A DNA stretch of 59,268 nucleotides from an uncultured bacterium (GCA_964421875.1 CAYQZD010000001.1:3935-63202), one strand, 5' to 3'. Counted from the first letter of the stretch, positions 1 through 10,445 are shown. Notes: generated by a model not told the origin, from the sequence alone. Translations and numbers: made by a program.

Positions 1-1
1 C

Positions 2-142
2 CCGGTCACCATCGGTTCCGACGCCCACGACAGCTCCCGGGTGGGCGAAGGCGTGGCGGAGGCGGTCGAATACGCCTCTCAGGCGGGCTGCCGGGAAGTA
101 AATATCTGGAGGAGGCGGGAAAAGGTGAGCCTGCCAATATGA
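2..142 (+). CDS. 3' fragment of a PHP-family phosphoesterase (histidinol-phosphatase HisJ/HisK-like), truncated by window start
   Basis: Frame 2 reads PVTIGSDAHDSSRVG...SLPI*; GSDAH is the C-terminal PHP metal-binding motif. Not in the ORF track because it has no start. Confidence 0.7.
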   Translation, partial: PVTIGSDAHDSSRVGEGVAEAVEYASQAGCREVNIWRRREKVSLPI

Positions 143-155
143 TGGGAGCGGCGCG

Positions 156-1754
156 ATGCGGTTCAAGATAGATACTCCTCTGATTCCGATGGGATTGGGG
201 ATAGCCCTGCGGCTGATTCACCTGAAATCCGCCCTGAGCGGTCCGGTTCTGAAAATCCTCATCATAGATTCCGCCTCTTACCACGCCTGGGCGTTGGAAA
301 TCGCCGGGGGAAATATTATGGGGGAGGGAATGTTTTTTCTCAGTCCGCTGTATCCCTATGTTCTGGGATTCCTCTACGCCCTGTTTGGTTCGCATGCGGC
401 AGTTGCTGCACTTTTTCAAATCACCCTCAGCGCAGCGGGGATATACTTAATCTGGTGGATAGGCAACAGTATTGGAGGTAAAACCGCAGGGATAACCGCC
501 GCCTTCATCGCCGCGGTTTACCCGCCCTGGATCTATTTCGACAGCGCGGTGATGACCGCCTCGCTGATTATATTCTTGAACACCGCCGCCCTCGCCGCGA
601 TAATCAAGTGGTTCGACCATCCCCAGCCGGGGTATATTTTCCTCGCCGGGGCGCTGATAGGATTGTCGGCGCTGGCCAGGCCCTCGGCGCTGCTTTTCGC
701 CGCCGTTGTCGCAGTCTGGCTGCTCAAGCGGCGGCTGCATATGGGGGCAGTGCTGCTGGCGGTGGGGATTATCACCGCAATCGCTCCGGTGACCATCAGG
801 AACGTTTTCGTCGGCGGAGAATTCGCCCTGACCACGGTTTCCGGGGGGATGAATTTCTATGTGGGGAACAATCCCGAGGCTACCGGTCTCTATGTGGAAC
901 CGGATTTTATCGTCTCCTCCGATCCCGACACCGAGTTCGAATCCTATCATCAGGAAGCGGAACGGCGTTCCTGGAAAAAGCTTTCCAACACGGGAGCCTC
1001 CCGTTGGTGGTATATGTCGAGCCTGCAGTTTATAATCCGTCAGCCTGTGCAGGCGGCGGGTATTTGGTGGAACAAGTTTTTCTATTTCTGGAACGAGCTT
1101 GAAGCCCCGAATAACGTATCTTTCTATCTGGTAATGCGGTCTTCGCCGCTGTTGAAATACCTTCCGCTGGGATTTGGAGTTCTGGCGGTGTTAGGCGTCA
1201 TCGGATTGGCGGGAGCGCCGGCGTGCCGGGGTAGAACTCTGCTTTGGATTTACCTTTTCAGCATTTTAGCGGCGAATCTGCTCTTTTTCACTTCCTCGGA
1301 ATTCCGTTTCCCCGTGGTGATTGCGCTGGCAGTTGGCGGGGGTATAGCGGCGCTGCGGATAGCGCGGGCGGTTCGGGAAAAGCGCTACAGATGGGGGCTC
1401 ATTGTATTAGGGGCGGCGGGGCTTTTATTCACACATTACCGCACCGACCTGTCGCAGGCTTTGCGCAGTCCCCGGATGGATTTCTACAATTACGGTTCCG
1501 TTTGCCTCAAAGAGGGCAAGCTGAAATCGGCGGGGAACTTTTTCATCCTGTCTTTGGCGGAAGACCCGGGATTTATCGAGGCCCATATGGGACTGGGGAC
1601 TACATATTTGGAGATGGATGAGTTCGAGGCGGCTGCGATGGAGTTTAAGGCGGCGGGATTTCCAGTGAGCGCGGAGTATTTGAAGAAAAACAGGTCGATT
1701 CTGGAGGATTTCGACCGGGAGGCAAAAAAGGGATTCGAAGATTCGAATCCCTGA
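156..1754 (+). CDS. GT-C fold membrane glycosyltransferase (ArnT/PMT_2, GT39-like) with C-terminal TPR-like helices
   Basis: Many TM segments; DSASYH..A, PLYPY, GLSALARP and GGMNFYVGNNPEATG motifs, FRFP, and TPR-like AEDPGFIEAHMGLG. Confidence 0.8.
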   Translation: MRFKIDTPLIPMGLGIALRLIHLKSALSGPVLKILIIDSASYHAWALEIAGGNIMGEGMFFLSPLYPYVLGFLYALFGSHAAVAALFQITLSAAGIYLIWWIGNSIGGKTAGITAAFIAAVYPPWIYFDSAVMTASLIIFLNTAALAAIIKWFDHPQPGYIFLAGALIGLSALARPSALLFAAVVAVWLLKRRLHMGAVLLAVGIITAIAPVTIRNVFVGGEFALTTVSGGMNFYVGNNPEATGLYVEPDFIVSSDPDTEFESYHQEAERRSWKKLSNTGASRWWYMSSLQFIIRQPVQAAGIWWNKFFYFWNELEAPNNVSFYLVMRSSPLLKYLPLGFGVLAVLGVIGLAGAPACRGRTLLWIYLFSILAANLLFFTSSEFRFPVVIALAVGGGIAALRIARAVREKRYRWGLIVLGAAGLLFTHYRTDLSQALRSPRMDFYNYGSVCLKEGKLKSAGNFFILSLAEDPGFIEAHMGLGTTYLEMDEFEAAAMEFKAAGFPVSAEYLKKNRSILEDFDREAKKGFEDSNP

Positions 1755-1780
1755 AAAATATCGATTAACTCAAAGTGGTT

Positions 1781-2467
1781 TCACCGCCTGAAGATATAGC
1801 CGAAACTGACCGAGCCCAGCAGGTATTTGGAAAAGATGTGGTATTCGTAACTCAGGTAAAAACGATGCCAGTAGAGGGCGACTTTAGGCTTGAGATAAAG
1901 GCTGAAGCTGCCGATGGTTTCGCCGCCGAAATCAACCGCGCGCCTTAGATCGTAATAGAGGTTGTAGGGGTCGTTCTGCAGGATGTGGAGGGATTGATAC
2001 CAGTAAGATATTTGCCGGTTACTCTTCTGATACACGTTGAACACGCCGCCTACGCCGAGCGACAATGCGGGGCGGATTGAAGCCAAATCCTCACCGTTCC
2101 CAAACTCATAGCGGAGGTTCAATCCCAGCGGCAGAAACATAAAATCCCGGTATTCCTTGGTGAAGTATTTTAGGTACAAATAATCAGCATGTTCAATCCC
2201 GTAGGGGTCGATTTTAGAGGAATCGGTTCTGAAAGGGGTGTGACCCATCAAATGACGTTCAATCAGTTCCATACCAAAATCGAGCCCGATTGAGAACCGA
2301 TTGAATCTAAAGAAAGCGGGATATACAGTTCCGCTGATGCCCAGAGAGGGCCGGTCGATGGCGTCGAAATTACTGGCGGTGATTTCGCCGTTCAGTTCCG
2401 CCAGAGATACGCCGGAAACGACCAACAGGGCGGTCAGAATGGAGATTAGCGTGGTTTTCATTTGCAT
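1781..2467 (-). CDS. Secreted hypothetical protein, probable small outer-membrane beta-barrel
   Basis: Signal peptide (MKTTLISILTALLVVSGVSLA), alternating hydrophobic strands (LPLGLNLRYEF, PALSLGVGGVF), C-terminal SVSFGYIF. Confidence 0.55.
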   Translation of the reverse strand: MQMKTTLISILTALLVVSGVSLAELNGEITASNFDAIDRPSLGISGTVYPAFFRFNRFSIGLDFGMELIERHLMGHTPFRTDSSKIDPYGIEHADYLYLKYFTKEYRDFMFLPLGLNLRYEFGNGEDLASIRPALSLGVGGVFNVYQKSNRQISYWYQSLHILQNDPYNLYYDLRRAVDFGGETIGSFSLYLKPKVALYWHRFYLSYEYHIFSKYLLGSVSFGYIFRR

Positions 2468-2589
2468 CGTATATTAAGAGAATTACATTTGAAATATAAC
2501 GGTTCCGCAGTAAACATACAAATATGTACACTTCAATTGCTGATTTAATGTTCCAAAGTGACTATTCAGTTTTCGGCAAACCTCGACTT

Positions 2590-2745
2590 TTCATTCTGAC
2601 GAAGTCAGAATCCTTCTTTGCAAGGCGGATTCTCAATCCGCCAATCTGCGTTAAGTCAGGTCTTTAGCGAAGCGGAGACCTTACTTCATTTAGACTGTCA
2701 GGTCACACCCGCCTGTGGGCGTCCAAGACCTGACAGAACAGGCAA
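2590..2745. repeat. Stack of dispersed palindromes (ATTCTGAC/GTCAGAAT, GGCGGATT/AATCCGCC, AAGTCAGGTCTTTAGCGAAGCGGAGACC family, TGTCAGGTC/GACCTGACA)
   Basis: Four adjacent hairpins; the third recurs at 48986-49019 and 57946-57973. Confidence 0.75.
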
Positions 2746-2774
2746 GATTTCACAATTTCTCGAATTTTCAATTT

Positions 2775-2854
2775 TAATCCCCCCTGTCCCCCTTTAAAAA
2801 AGGGGGGAAAACCGTTTCACTGTTTCACAGTTTCACCGTTTAACTATTTAACTA
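2775..2854. repeat. Composite repeat: CCCCC..AAGGGGG hairpin plus five 8-mer units (CCGTTTCA-like)
   Basis: Inverted counterpart at 5670-5739; related hairpins at 14739-14814 and 57869-57900. Confidence 0.8.
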
Positions 2855-2861
2855 TCACTAA

Positions 2862-5687
2862 ATGTCCGAAGCTGAGAATATATTTATCAAGGGCGCGCGA
2901 GAACACAATCTCAAGAATGTAGATTTGACCCTTCCCCGCAACAAGATGGTGGTTATAACCGGACTTTCCGGTTCGGGTAAATCTTCACTGGCTTTCGACA
3001 CCATCTACGCTGAGGGCCAGCGGCGCTATGTGGAATCGCTGTCAGCTTACGCCCGGCAGTTTTTATCGCTGATGGAAAAACCCGATGTGGACTACATCGA
3101 AGGACTCTCCCCGGCGATTTCCATCGAGCAGAAGACTTCCTCTCGAAATCCCCGCTCCACTGTGGGCACTGTGACCGAAATTTACGATTACCTCCGCCTG
3201 CTCTACGCCCGGATTGGCATCCCTTACTGCTATAAATGCGGCCGGCGGATATCGCGGCAGACGGTGCAGCAGATGGCTGACACAGCGCTCAAACTGCCGG
3301 AGGGGAGCCGCATCCAGGTGTTAGCTCCGGTGGTGCGGGGTCGGAAGGGGGAATACCGGGACATCTTCAAGAAAGCGAGGCGCGACGGTTTCGTTCGGGT
3401 TAGGGTCGATGGTGAAGTGAAAAGCCTGGACGAAGAAATCGTTCTGGAGAAGTATAAAAAGCACAACATCGAACTGGTGGTGGACCGGCTGGTGGTTGGA
3501 CCCGGCATCAGCGGCAGACTCACTGAATCGCTGGAAACCTCGGTTAATCTTGCCAATGGGCTGGCGCTGGTTGAGGTTATCGAAGGTGAAGAGCTACTGT
3601 TCAGCGAGCAATTCTCCTGCCCCGACTGCGGGATAAGCTACGAGGAGCTTCAGCCCCGGATGTTTTCCTTCAACAGCCCTTTCGGCGCCTGCCCCGGATG
3701 CGACGGGCTGGGGATAAAAATGGAAATCGACCCGGAGATAATGGTTCCCAATCCTGATTTGTCGATTTGGGAGGGTGCGATTCTGTCTCTGGGCGAGGGG
3801 CGGGAAGGGTGGTTTTTCAAAATGATTGAGACCGTGGCGGACCACTACGGTTTTTCGCTTCACACACCCTGGCGGGAACTATCACAAACACACCGCCGGA
3901 AAGTCCTATACGGCTCGGGCAAAGAAGAGATGAACTTCAAATGGGCGCATACCAACGGCAAGGCGGTGGGAGAATTCCAGCGCACCTGGGAGGGGCTGAT
4001 ACCCAACCTGCAACGCCGCTACCGCCAGACCGGCTCCGGAGGCATCAGGGAGTGGATTGAGGGATTTATGGGCGCAGTCCCCTGCGACCAATGCGGCGGC
4101 GAGCGTTTGCGGCCGGAGAGTTTAGCGGTCAGAATAGCGGGGCTCTCCATCGCCAAACTCACCTGCCAATCGGTGAAGGATGCGCTGACCTTTATAGATG
4201 AGCTTAAGCTGAACGAGAAGGAGACCAGTATCGCCCGGCAGGTTTTGAAGGAACTTCGCGCCCGACTGGGATTCCTGCGGAATGTGGGATTGGATTACCT
4301 GACGCTGGACCGCTCCGCTGGCAGTCTTTCCGGGGGGGAAGCTCAGCGCATCCGCCTCGCCACCCAAATCGGCTCGCAATTGGTCGGCGTGCTCTATATT
4401 CTCGATGAACCCTCCATCGGACTGCACCTGCGGGACAACAAGCGCCTCATCGGAACCCTGCTCAGGCTCCGGGATTTGGGCAACACTGTAATAATAGTCG
4501 AGCACGACCGGGAGACCATCGAATCCGCCGACCAGGTGGTGGATTTGGGTCCCGGCGCGGGGATAAACGGGGGTAAGCTGGTGGCGCAGGGAAGTCCGGA
4601 CGACATCAAACAATCCGATTCCCTCACCGGAAAATTCCTCTCCGGTGAAGAAATCATCGACATCCCCGCCAAACGGCGTTCGGGAAACGGGAAAGTCCTT
4701 AAGTTATCCGAAGCAAGGGGCAACAACTTGAAGAAGATGACGGCTGAGTTTCCCCTGGGCAAATTTATCGTCATAACCGGCGTGTCCGGCTCCGGCAAGA
4801 GCACATTGGTGAACGAGACACTCTATCCCGCGCTGGCGCAGAGGGTTTACCGCTCCCGGCTGAAACCCCTGCCGCACAAGTGGCTATACGGCACGGAGTA
4901 TTTGGATAAGGTCATCGCCATCGACCAGAGCCCCATCGGCCGCACTCCCCGCTCCAATCCCGCTACCTACACCGGGCTCTTCGCTCCCATCCGGGAGCTT
5001 TTCAGCCAGCTTCCCGAATCCAAGGCGAGGGGCTACAAACCGGGGCGTTTCAGTTTCAATGTCAAGGGTGGACGCTGCGAAGCCTGCAGGGGCGACGGTA
5101 TCATTAAAATTGAAATGCACTTCCTCCCCGATGTTTATGTCCCCTGCGAAATCTGCAAAGGGAAACGCTACAACCGGGAAACGCTTGAAGTTCTCTATAA
5201 AGGACGCTCCATCGCCGAAGCGCTGGATATGACCGTCGCCGAAGCCCTGGATTTCTTCCGCAATATCCCCACGGTAGAACGAAAGCTGAAGACGCTGGAC
5301 GAGGTGGGGTTGGGATATATCAAATTGGGCCAGCAGGCTACCACGCTGTCCGGCGGGGAGGCTCAGCGAGTCAAGCTGGCGTCGGAACTGTCCAAGGTCG
5401 CCACCGGGCGCACCCTGTACATTCTCGACGAGCCGACCACCGGTCTGCATTTCGCCGACATCAGGATGCTGCTGCAAGTCCTGAACAGCCTGGTTGATAG
5501 AGGGAACACGGTGATTGTCATTGAGCACAATATGGATGTCATCAAGACCGCTGACCACATTATCGACCTGGGTCCGGAAGGGGGCGATGCGGGCGGAACC
5601 ATCGTGACTCAGGGAACGCCGGAAAAAGTCGCCCGCTCCCGGAAGTCTTACACGGGGCGGTTTTTGAAGGGTGAATTGGTGAAATAG
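2862..5687 (+). CDS. uvrA: Excinuclease ABC subunit A
   Basis: [10 protein letters not shown] start, two Walker A motifs ([16 protein letters not shown]), LSGGEAQR signatures, zinc-finger Cys pairs, 941 aa. Confidence 0.99.
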   Translation: MSEAENIFIKGAREHNLKNVDLTLPRNKMVVITGLSGSGKSSLAFDTIYAEGQRRYVESLSAYARQFLSLMEKPDVDYIEGLSPAISIEQKTSSRNPRSTVGTVTEIYDYLRLLYARIGIPYCYKCGRRISRQTVQQMADTALKLPEGSRIQVLAPVVRGRKGEYRDIFKKARRDGFVRVRVDGEVKSLDEEIVLEKYKKHNIELVVDRLVVGPGISGRLTESLETSVNLANGLALVEVIEGEELLFSEQFSCPDCGISYEELQPRMFSFNSPFGACPGCDGLGIKMEIDPEIMVPNPDLSIWEGAILSLGEGREGWFFKMIETVADHYGFSLHTPWRELSQTHRRKVLYGSGKEEMNFKWAHTNGKAVGEFQRTWEGLIPNLQRRYRQTGSGGIREWIEGFMGAVPCDQCGGERLRPESLAVRIAGLSIAKLTCQSVKDALTFIDELKLNEKETSIARQVLKELRARLGFLRNVGLDYLTLDRSAGSLSGGEAQRIRLATQIGSQLVGVLYILDEPSIGLHLRDNKRLIGTLLRLRDLGNTVIIVEHDRETIESADQVVDLGPGAGINGGKLVAQGSPDDIKQSDSLTGKFLSGEEIIDIPAKRRSGNGKVLKLSEARGNNLKKMTAEFPLGKFIVITGVSGSGKSTLVNETLYPALAQRVYRSRLKPLPHKWLYGTEYLDKVIAIDQSPIGRTPRSNPATYTGLFAPIRELFSQLPESKARGYKPGRFSFNVKGGRCEACRGDGIIKIEMHFLPDVYVPCEICKGKRYNRETLEVLYKGRSIAEALDMTVAEALDFFRNIPTVERKLKTLDEVGLGYIKLGQQATTLSGGEAQRVKLASELSKVATGRTLYILDEPTTGLHFADIRMLLQVLNSLVDRGNTVIVIEHNMDVIKTADHIIDLGPEGGDAGGTIVTQGTPEKVARSRKSYTGRFLKGELVK

Positions 5688-5739
5688 TGAAACGGCGAAA
5701 TCGGTTTCCCCCTTTTCTAAAGGGGGGCAGGGGGGATTA
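5670..5739. repeat. Inverted copy of the 2775-2841 composite repeat, overlapping the uvrA stop codon
   Basis: GTGAATTG GTGAAATA GTGAAACG GCGAAATC followed by a CCCCCTTTTCTAAAGGGGG hairpin and a second G-run. Confidence 0.8.
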
Positions 5740-5745
5740 TGATAG

Positions 5746-5966
5746 TGTTTGGTGTTTGGTGTTCGGTGGTTAGTGACAGGATATTCACTGGCTATTATGG
5801 CTATTAAGGCTATTTGTAGGGCGGATTATTAAAACCCGCCGGTGATGTCGCAGAGTGCTGGGACTCTGCGACACGAAAAGGAAAAGATATCGGAACAAGA
5901 TACCAACCTGAATAAAGCCGCGTCAACGAAGAACGAGTAACCAGTAAGCAGCAACGAGCAACGAGA
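5746..5966. repeat. Mosaic of 7-mer and 9-mer tandem repeats, a GTAG-hairpin and a GTCGCAGAGT..ACTCTGCGAC palindrome
   Basis: GTGTTTG x3, GGCTATTA x3, GTAGGGCGG..CCCGCC (5816-5840), palindrome 5847-5872, AACGAGC-like x6. Confidence 0.75.
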
Positions 5967-6854
5967 ATGAAATTTTTAGTCGCCGGAGCCACCGGCTTTC
6001 TAGGTCAGGGCTTCACCGAAGCCGCATTGTCCGCCGGGCACAATGTCCGCACCCTGATTAGGTGGCGGTCGTGGAAAAAAGCCGTTGAGCGGGAGGGGGT
6101 GGAGAATTTTCAGTACCATTCCCCCAACGTAGGGCGTTTCCGCCAGGGGCTGGAAGGGTGCGACGCGGCTGTGAATGTAGCGGGCATCATCCGCGAATTC
6201 CCCGGAAAGAAGACCACCTTTCAGCGGGTGCATATCGAGTTCACCCGGATATTGGTGGAAGCGATGAAAGAGGCGGGGGTGAAACGATATTTTCATATGA
6301 GCGCCTTAGGCGTGGACAGCGGCCTGCAAATCGGCTACAACACTTCCAAGTTAGCGGCGGAAAATATCGTCCGCGAATCGGGGCTGGACTGGACTATATT
6401 CCGCCCCTCGCTGATATTTGGGCCCGGCGACCGTTTCGCGGTGGAATTCGCGGGATGGATACATAAAGGGCTTCCCATCCCGGTCATCGGCAAGGGGGAT
6501 TACCGGCTGACGCCGCTTTCGCGGTCCGACCTTTGCCGGGGGATGGTTAAATTAGCGGAGGACGCGAAGAGTTTCGGTAAAACCTATAACATTGGCGGGC
6601 CTCAGAAACTCAGCTACCTTGAAATCCTGCGCATCATCGAGAAGGCGGCGGGGCGGAAAATGCGGCTTGCTAAGACACCAGCGGGCCTGGTGATGTTAGG
6701 GGCGAAAATCTTAGGCCGGTTCCATTGGTTCCCCGCCACCGCCGATATGGTGAAACAGCTTTTGAAGGAGAGCGTCACCGACGAAACCGATTTTTGGGAG
6801 GATACTGAGATTACGCCGCAAACGCTGGAAGCGGCGCTGTCGGAATATATGTGA
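5967..6854 (+). CDS. NAD(P)-binding atypical SDR, complex I NDUFA9-like epimerase family
   Basis: GATGFLG Rossmann motif, YNTSK, WTIFRPSLIFGPGD, GKTYNIGGP. Confidence 0.85.
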   Translation: MKFLVAGATGFLGQGFTEAALSAGHNVRTLIRWRSWKKAVEREGVENFQYHSPNVGRFRQGLEGCDAAVNVAGIIREFPGKKTTFQRVHIEFTRILVEAMKEAGVKRYFHMSALGVDSGLQIGYNTSKLAAENIVRESGLDWTIFRPSLIFGPGDRFAVEFAGWIHKGLPIPVIGKGDYRLTPLSRSDLCRGMVKLAEDAKSFGKTYNIGGPQKLSYLEILRIIEKAAGRKMRLAKTPAGLVMLGAKILGRFHWFPATADMVKQLLKESVTDETDFWEDTEITPQTLEAALSEYM

Positions 6855-6864
6855 AAGCATACTA

Positions 6865-6979
6865 TGTTATTGCGAGGCGCAAAGCGCCGAAGCAGTCTAT
6901 GAAGCGTAATCGTCATTCCGGTTGCGAAGCAAGCCAGAATCTTTCTTTCCCGGAAGGATTCCGGCTTCGCGGGAATGAC
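6865..6979. repeat. GTCATTCC/GGAATGAC-family palindromic repeats
   Basis: 6907-6946 matches 53915-53954 at 37/40 nt; ends GATTCCGGCTTCGCGGGAATGAC. Confidence 0.8.
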
Positions 6980-7063
6980 CAATGCGCTTATGACTTCAGA
7001 AAGCTATAGTCTTACGACAGCGAAAATAAACTACACATCATTTCAAAAATCAGGAGGAGCAAA

Positions 7064-7879
7064 TTGAAATCCACACTGACCCGCCTCATTCCATTTCTTG
7101 TCATCTTTTGCCTTTTTTTTATTAGCTGCGAAGAAGGCGAAATGGGAATGCTTAGCAATTTTAATGGCATTACCGAAATCGCCGTGGACGGCCAAGTCCT
7201 GCGGGTGGACTCGCGGGATTGGAGCGGACGCGACACCTACGGTTTGAACACCCCGCCTCAGCCGCCGGACAGCATTACGGTTCAAGGGGATTCCTCCGGC
7301 GGACATCATAGCACCTTACCCACTGAATACTGTTTCTACAGCCCCGCCTGCCCCAACCCGTCCCGCTTCATTCCGGTGACGATTACGATTGGTACACCTC
7401 AAGCCGGCAGCGTTGAAGTGAATCTCATCGACAAATCCGGTTCGGTTGTCGCATCTTTATATTCGGGAATGTGCCCCGCCGGAGCACACAGCTTTAAGTT
7501 ATCTCCCTTAGGGATTTCTCCGGGACTCTACCGCGTGGTATATAAATGGGGAGACGCAAAATCCTGGGGGGATGTGGAAATCCGTTCTCAAACAGCGGTG
7601 AACACCGATTACATCGGCTATATGCAGCAGCATTGGTGCGAGGAGGCCTACCACGCCTACATCGATTCCACCTACGGCATCGCTTTCAACGAGGAGGAAT
7701 TCGGTTGGTACACTCTGCCCCCGCAAACCGACGATATTTATCACGAACTAATCGGCGAATCGAACCAGTTCACACCCGGCTGGGATGACTTCGTCCCGGA
7801 CACCACTTATGAAACCTACGGCGCTTCGGTGCATCAAGGAGACTACCTCGATTTGTGGCGCTCCGCTTACGGTAATTGA
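7064..7879 (+). CDS. Hypothetical lipoprotein with internal FlgD/T9SS-CTD-like Ig domain
   Basis: TTG start after AGGAGG, lipobox FISC, central PACPNP...NLIDKSGSVVASLYSG...PGLYRV. Confidence 0.7.
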   Translation: MKSTLTRLIPFLVIFCLFFISCEEGEMGMLSNFNGITEIAVDGQVLRVDSRDWSGRDTYGLNTPPQPPDSITVQGDSSGGHHSTLPTEYCFYSPACPNPSRFIPVTITIGTPQAGSVEVNLIDKSGSVVASLYSGMCPAGAHSFKLSPLGISPGLYRVVYKWGDAKSWGDVEIRSQTAVNTDYIGYMQQHWCEEAYHAYIDSTYGIAFNEEEFGWYTLPPQTDDIYHELIGESNQFTPGWDDFVPDTTYETYGASVHQGDYLDLWRSAYGN

Positions 7880-7886
7880 GATTAAT

Positions 7887-7915
7887 TTGAATATTTCCGC
7901 TAATATTGTTAACTT
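7887..7915 (+). promoter_or_regulatory. Putative sigma70-type promoter for the LVIVD gene
   Basis: TTGAAT-17-TAACTT with TG extension; imperfect inverted repeat ATGTCGA-N4-TTGACAT at 7921-7938. Confidence 0.4.
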
Positions 7916-8015
7916 TAAAGATGTCGATACTTTGACATATCGCCAAAATCCAATTCGGTGTTGAAACCTACTTTACTTATTGACTAACGCAGGTATTTCA
8001 ACGGAGGAGATAGCG

Positions 8016-10181
8016 ATGAGGGATAAATATCGGACCTCATTTGCCGCTGTGGTTCTGATACTGCTCACATCAATCCCGGCGTTGAGCCAGTCCTGGAATG
8101 TGGAGCTGGTGAGCAGGTTGTACAATTTCTGGGACTACGCCTGGTCGTCGGATATACAAGGTAACACGGCTTATGTCGCTGCGGGCTGTTCCGGCCTCAG
8201 GATCGTGGACATATCCAATCCGGGGAATCCGGTGGAAATCGGTTCCTGCGACACTCCGGGCAGCGCGGTTTCCGTGAAGGTCTCCGGCGATTATGCTTAT
8301 GTGGCTGATTCGCACCGGGGGCTCAGGATAATAGATGTTTCCAATCCGGCGCAGCCGGTGGAAATCGGATTTTATGAAAACGGAAACAACGCTTGCGGAT
8401 TGGCTGTCACAGATGAATATGTTTATATGATAGACATGAATCGGGGAAGTGTGAGAATCATAGATGTATCCTATCCGGGGCAGCCCTTCGAGGCCGGTTT
8501 TTTCGAACAGGGACATTATTTCAGAAACGTGGAAGTGGACGACAGCCTGCTTTATATCGCCGACTCTGATTCGGGAATGAGGATTGTCGATGTGTCCAAC
8601 CCTGCTTCGCCCGTGCAGATAGGATTCTGCGCCTGTCAAGGGTATGCCTTCGATATAGCTATAAACAGCAATTATGCCTATGTTGTGGATATGGCTTGTA
8701 TCTGCATCATTGACATTTCCAATCCCGCCGCCCCGCTGATGGCAGGATGGAGTTTTATATCCAATTCGCCGATGGGGACATTCCTGAGCGTGGGCGTTTC
8801 CGGAAACTGCGCCTTCGTTTCCGATGGCAACCACGGATTGATTTCCGTCGATGTGTCGATTCCCGCGAATCCAACGGTTCTGGCGCGGTTCGACACCCGT
8901 AATTACGCCGATGAAGTGACGGTGGTCGGTAATACCGCGTATATTTCCGAATTTTGCGGCATTCTCGAAATCGTCGATTTGAGTAATCCCGCTAATCCCG
9001 CCTTGACGGGTTTCATCGACAATTACGGACATATGTCCAGTGTGGATTATACCGGCGATTACGCCTGTATCACGGATTGCGGCAGCGGACTTCGGGTGGT
9101 GGATATCTTCAATTTAAATCATCCGGTCGAAGCGGGATTGTGGGAATCGGAGTTAACACTGCGTGATGTCGCCTTCGACGGGAGTATTGCGGCGCTGGCT
9201 TGCGACGACTCAGGGATTTGCTTCATAGATGTATCTAATCCTGCGAATCCGCAATACGTCGGCAGTTTCAACCTCGGAGGGGGATGTCATTATTCGGTCC
9301 GGATGCAGGGCGGAATCGTTTATATTGCAGACAGCCACCTGCGGACTATAGACTATTCCAATCCCGCGCAGCCGGTTGAAATTGGGAGTGTGGAATTACC
9401 TCATTATGGGGATTATTTAGCGGTGTCGGGCAACCGCGCTTATGTAACAGGTTATCACGACATTTACGCGGTCGATATTTCTGTCCCCGCCAATCCGGTC
9501 CTATTGGGAACGATGGAAACCGATTATTTGCTAACGGGGATTACCATCGGGGCGGAATATATTTATGTTTCGTATATCTATAGCGTCTATCCCGGCGCTC
9601 ACCGAGGATTTTTCGCAGTGGATATATCGAATCCGGCGAATATGAGTCAGGCGGGAATACTCCATATTGAAGATATTCACAGCATTAAAGCAGAAGGCGA
9701 TTTTCTGCTGGTGGGATGCGGCGAACCGGGACTCAGAATATTCAACGCCGCTGACCCCTCGAATTTTGTCGAAGTCGGGTATTATCAAGCGTCGGGCAGC
9801 GCCGGAGGAGCCGCGGTTTCCGGGGATTATATATTTCTCACCGAAGGGGTCTGCTTTGAAATCCTGGATTGGAGCGCTGTGGGAGTGGAGATTAGTAACC
9901 ATACCGCCCTTCCGGCGGAATTCAGGCTATCATCCCCTTATCCCAATCCCTGCAACGCCGCCGCTGAAGTCAGGTTTGAACTGCCGAAACCGGCAGAAGT
10001 CTCGCTGAAGCTCTACGACATCGCCGGGCGGTTGATAACGACTCCGCTGGAATCGAAATACTACGATGCCGGGATATATTCAGCGCATCTCGATTTGGAC
10101 GATTATGCGTCGGGGATCTATTTCCTTCGCCTTGAAGCCGGTGAATATAATCAGGCTATTAAGCTGGTATTATTGAAATAA
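8016..10181 (+). CDS. Secreted LVIVD-repeat beta-propeller protein with Por/T9SS type A C-terminal domain
   Basis: ATG 8016 after GGAGG, signal peptide, about 13 repeats of GLRIxDVSNPxxP, tail PYPNPCN...SGIYFLRL...KLVLLK. Confidence 0.9.
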   Translation: MRDKYRTSFAAVVLILLTSIPALSQSWNVELVSRLYNFWDYAWSSDIQGNTAYVAAGCSGLRIVDISNPGNPVEIGSCDTPGSAVSVKVSGDYAYVADSHRGLRIIDVSNPAQPVEIGFYENGNNACGLAVTDEYVYMIDMNRGSVRIIDVSYPGQPFEAGFFEQGHYFRNVEVDDSLLYIADSDSGMRIVDVSNPASPVQIGFCACQGYAFDIAINSNYAYVVDMACICIIDISNPAAPLMAGWSFISNSPMGTFLSVGVSGNCAFVSDGNHGLISVDVSIPANPTVLARFDTRNYADEVTVVGNTAYISEFCGILEIVDLSNPANPALTGFIDNYGHMSSVDYTGDYACITDCGSGLRVVDIFNLNHPVEAGLWESELTLRDVAFDGSIAALACDDSGICFIDVSNPANPQYVGSFNLGGGCHYSVRMQGGIVYIADSHLRTIDYSNPAQPVEIGSVELPHYGDYLAVSGNRAYVTGYHDIYAVDISVPANPVLLGTMETDYLLTGITIGAEYIYVSYIYSVYPGAHRGFFAVDISNPANMSQAGILHIEDIHSIKAEGDFLLVGCGEPGLRIFNAADPSNFVEVGYYQASGSAGGAAVSGDYIFLTEGVCFEILDWSAVGVEISNHTALPAEFRLSSPYPNPCNAAAEVRFELPKPAEVSLKLYDIAGRLITTPLESKYYDAGIYSAHLDLDDYASGIYFLRLEAGEYNQAIKLVLLK

Positions 10182-10363
10182 GTCTGCAAGTCGGCAGGTC
10201 GGCAAGTCAACAAGTCGAAGAAAATGTGTACAGGTGAGCAGGTGGACATGTGTACAAGCCCACGCTTGGAGAGCCCCGCTCTGTTACTACAAAATAGAAT
10301 CGTATCGTATGATGGGTTCTTAACTAACCAATTTACAAGTCATTCCGGCGCAGCCAGAATGAC
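10180..10363. repeat. 8-mer tandem repeats (AAGTCGGC-like x5, GTGTACAG-like x4) and a GTCATTCCGGCGCAGCCAGAATGAC hairpin
   Basis: TACAAGTCATTCCGGCGCAGCC (10334-10355) is identical at 51758-51779. Confidence 0.7.
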
Positions 10364-10445
10364 GCATGCGTTTCAAATCGGTAAATTGTTACAAAAAGCG
10401 GTTACAGGATATTTTTCTTGAATGAATAATAGCAAAGTAATCTCA

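Noticed and set aside
2800-2861. LexA/SOS box upstream of uvrA
   Set aside because: No recognised LexA consensus; the GTTTCAC units also occur at the gene's 3' end, so they belong to a repeat
10224-10421. Small ORFs in repeat-filled gaps (also 17813-18061, 51624-51851, 55749-56085)
   Set aside because: Translations of palindromes and tandem repeats, with no RBS or protein-like features
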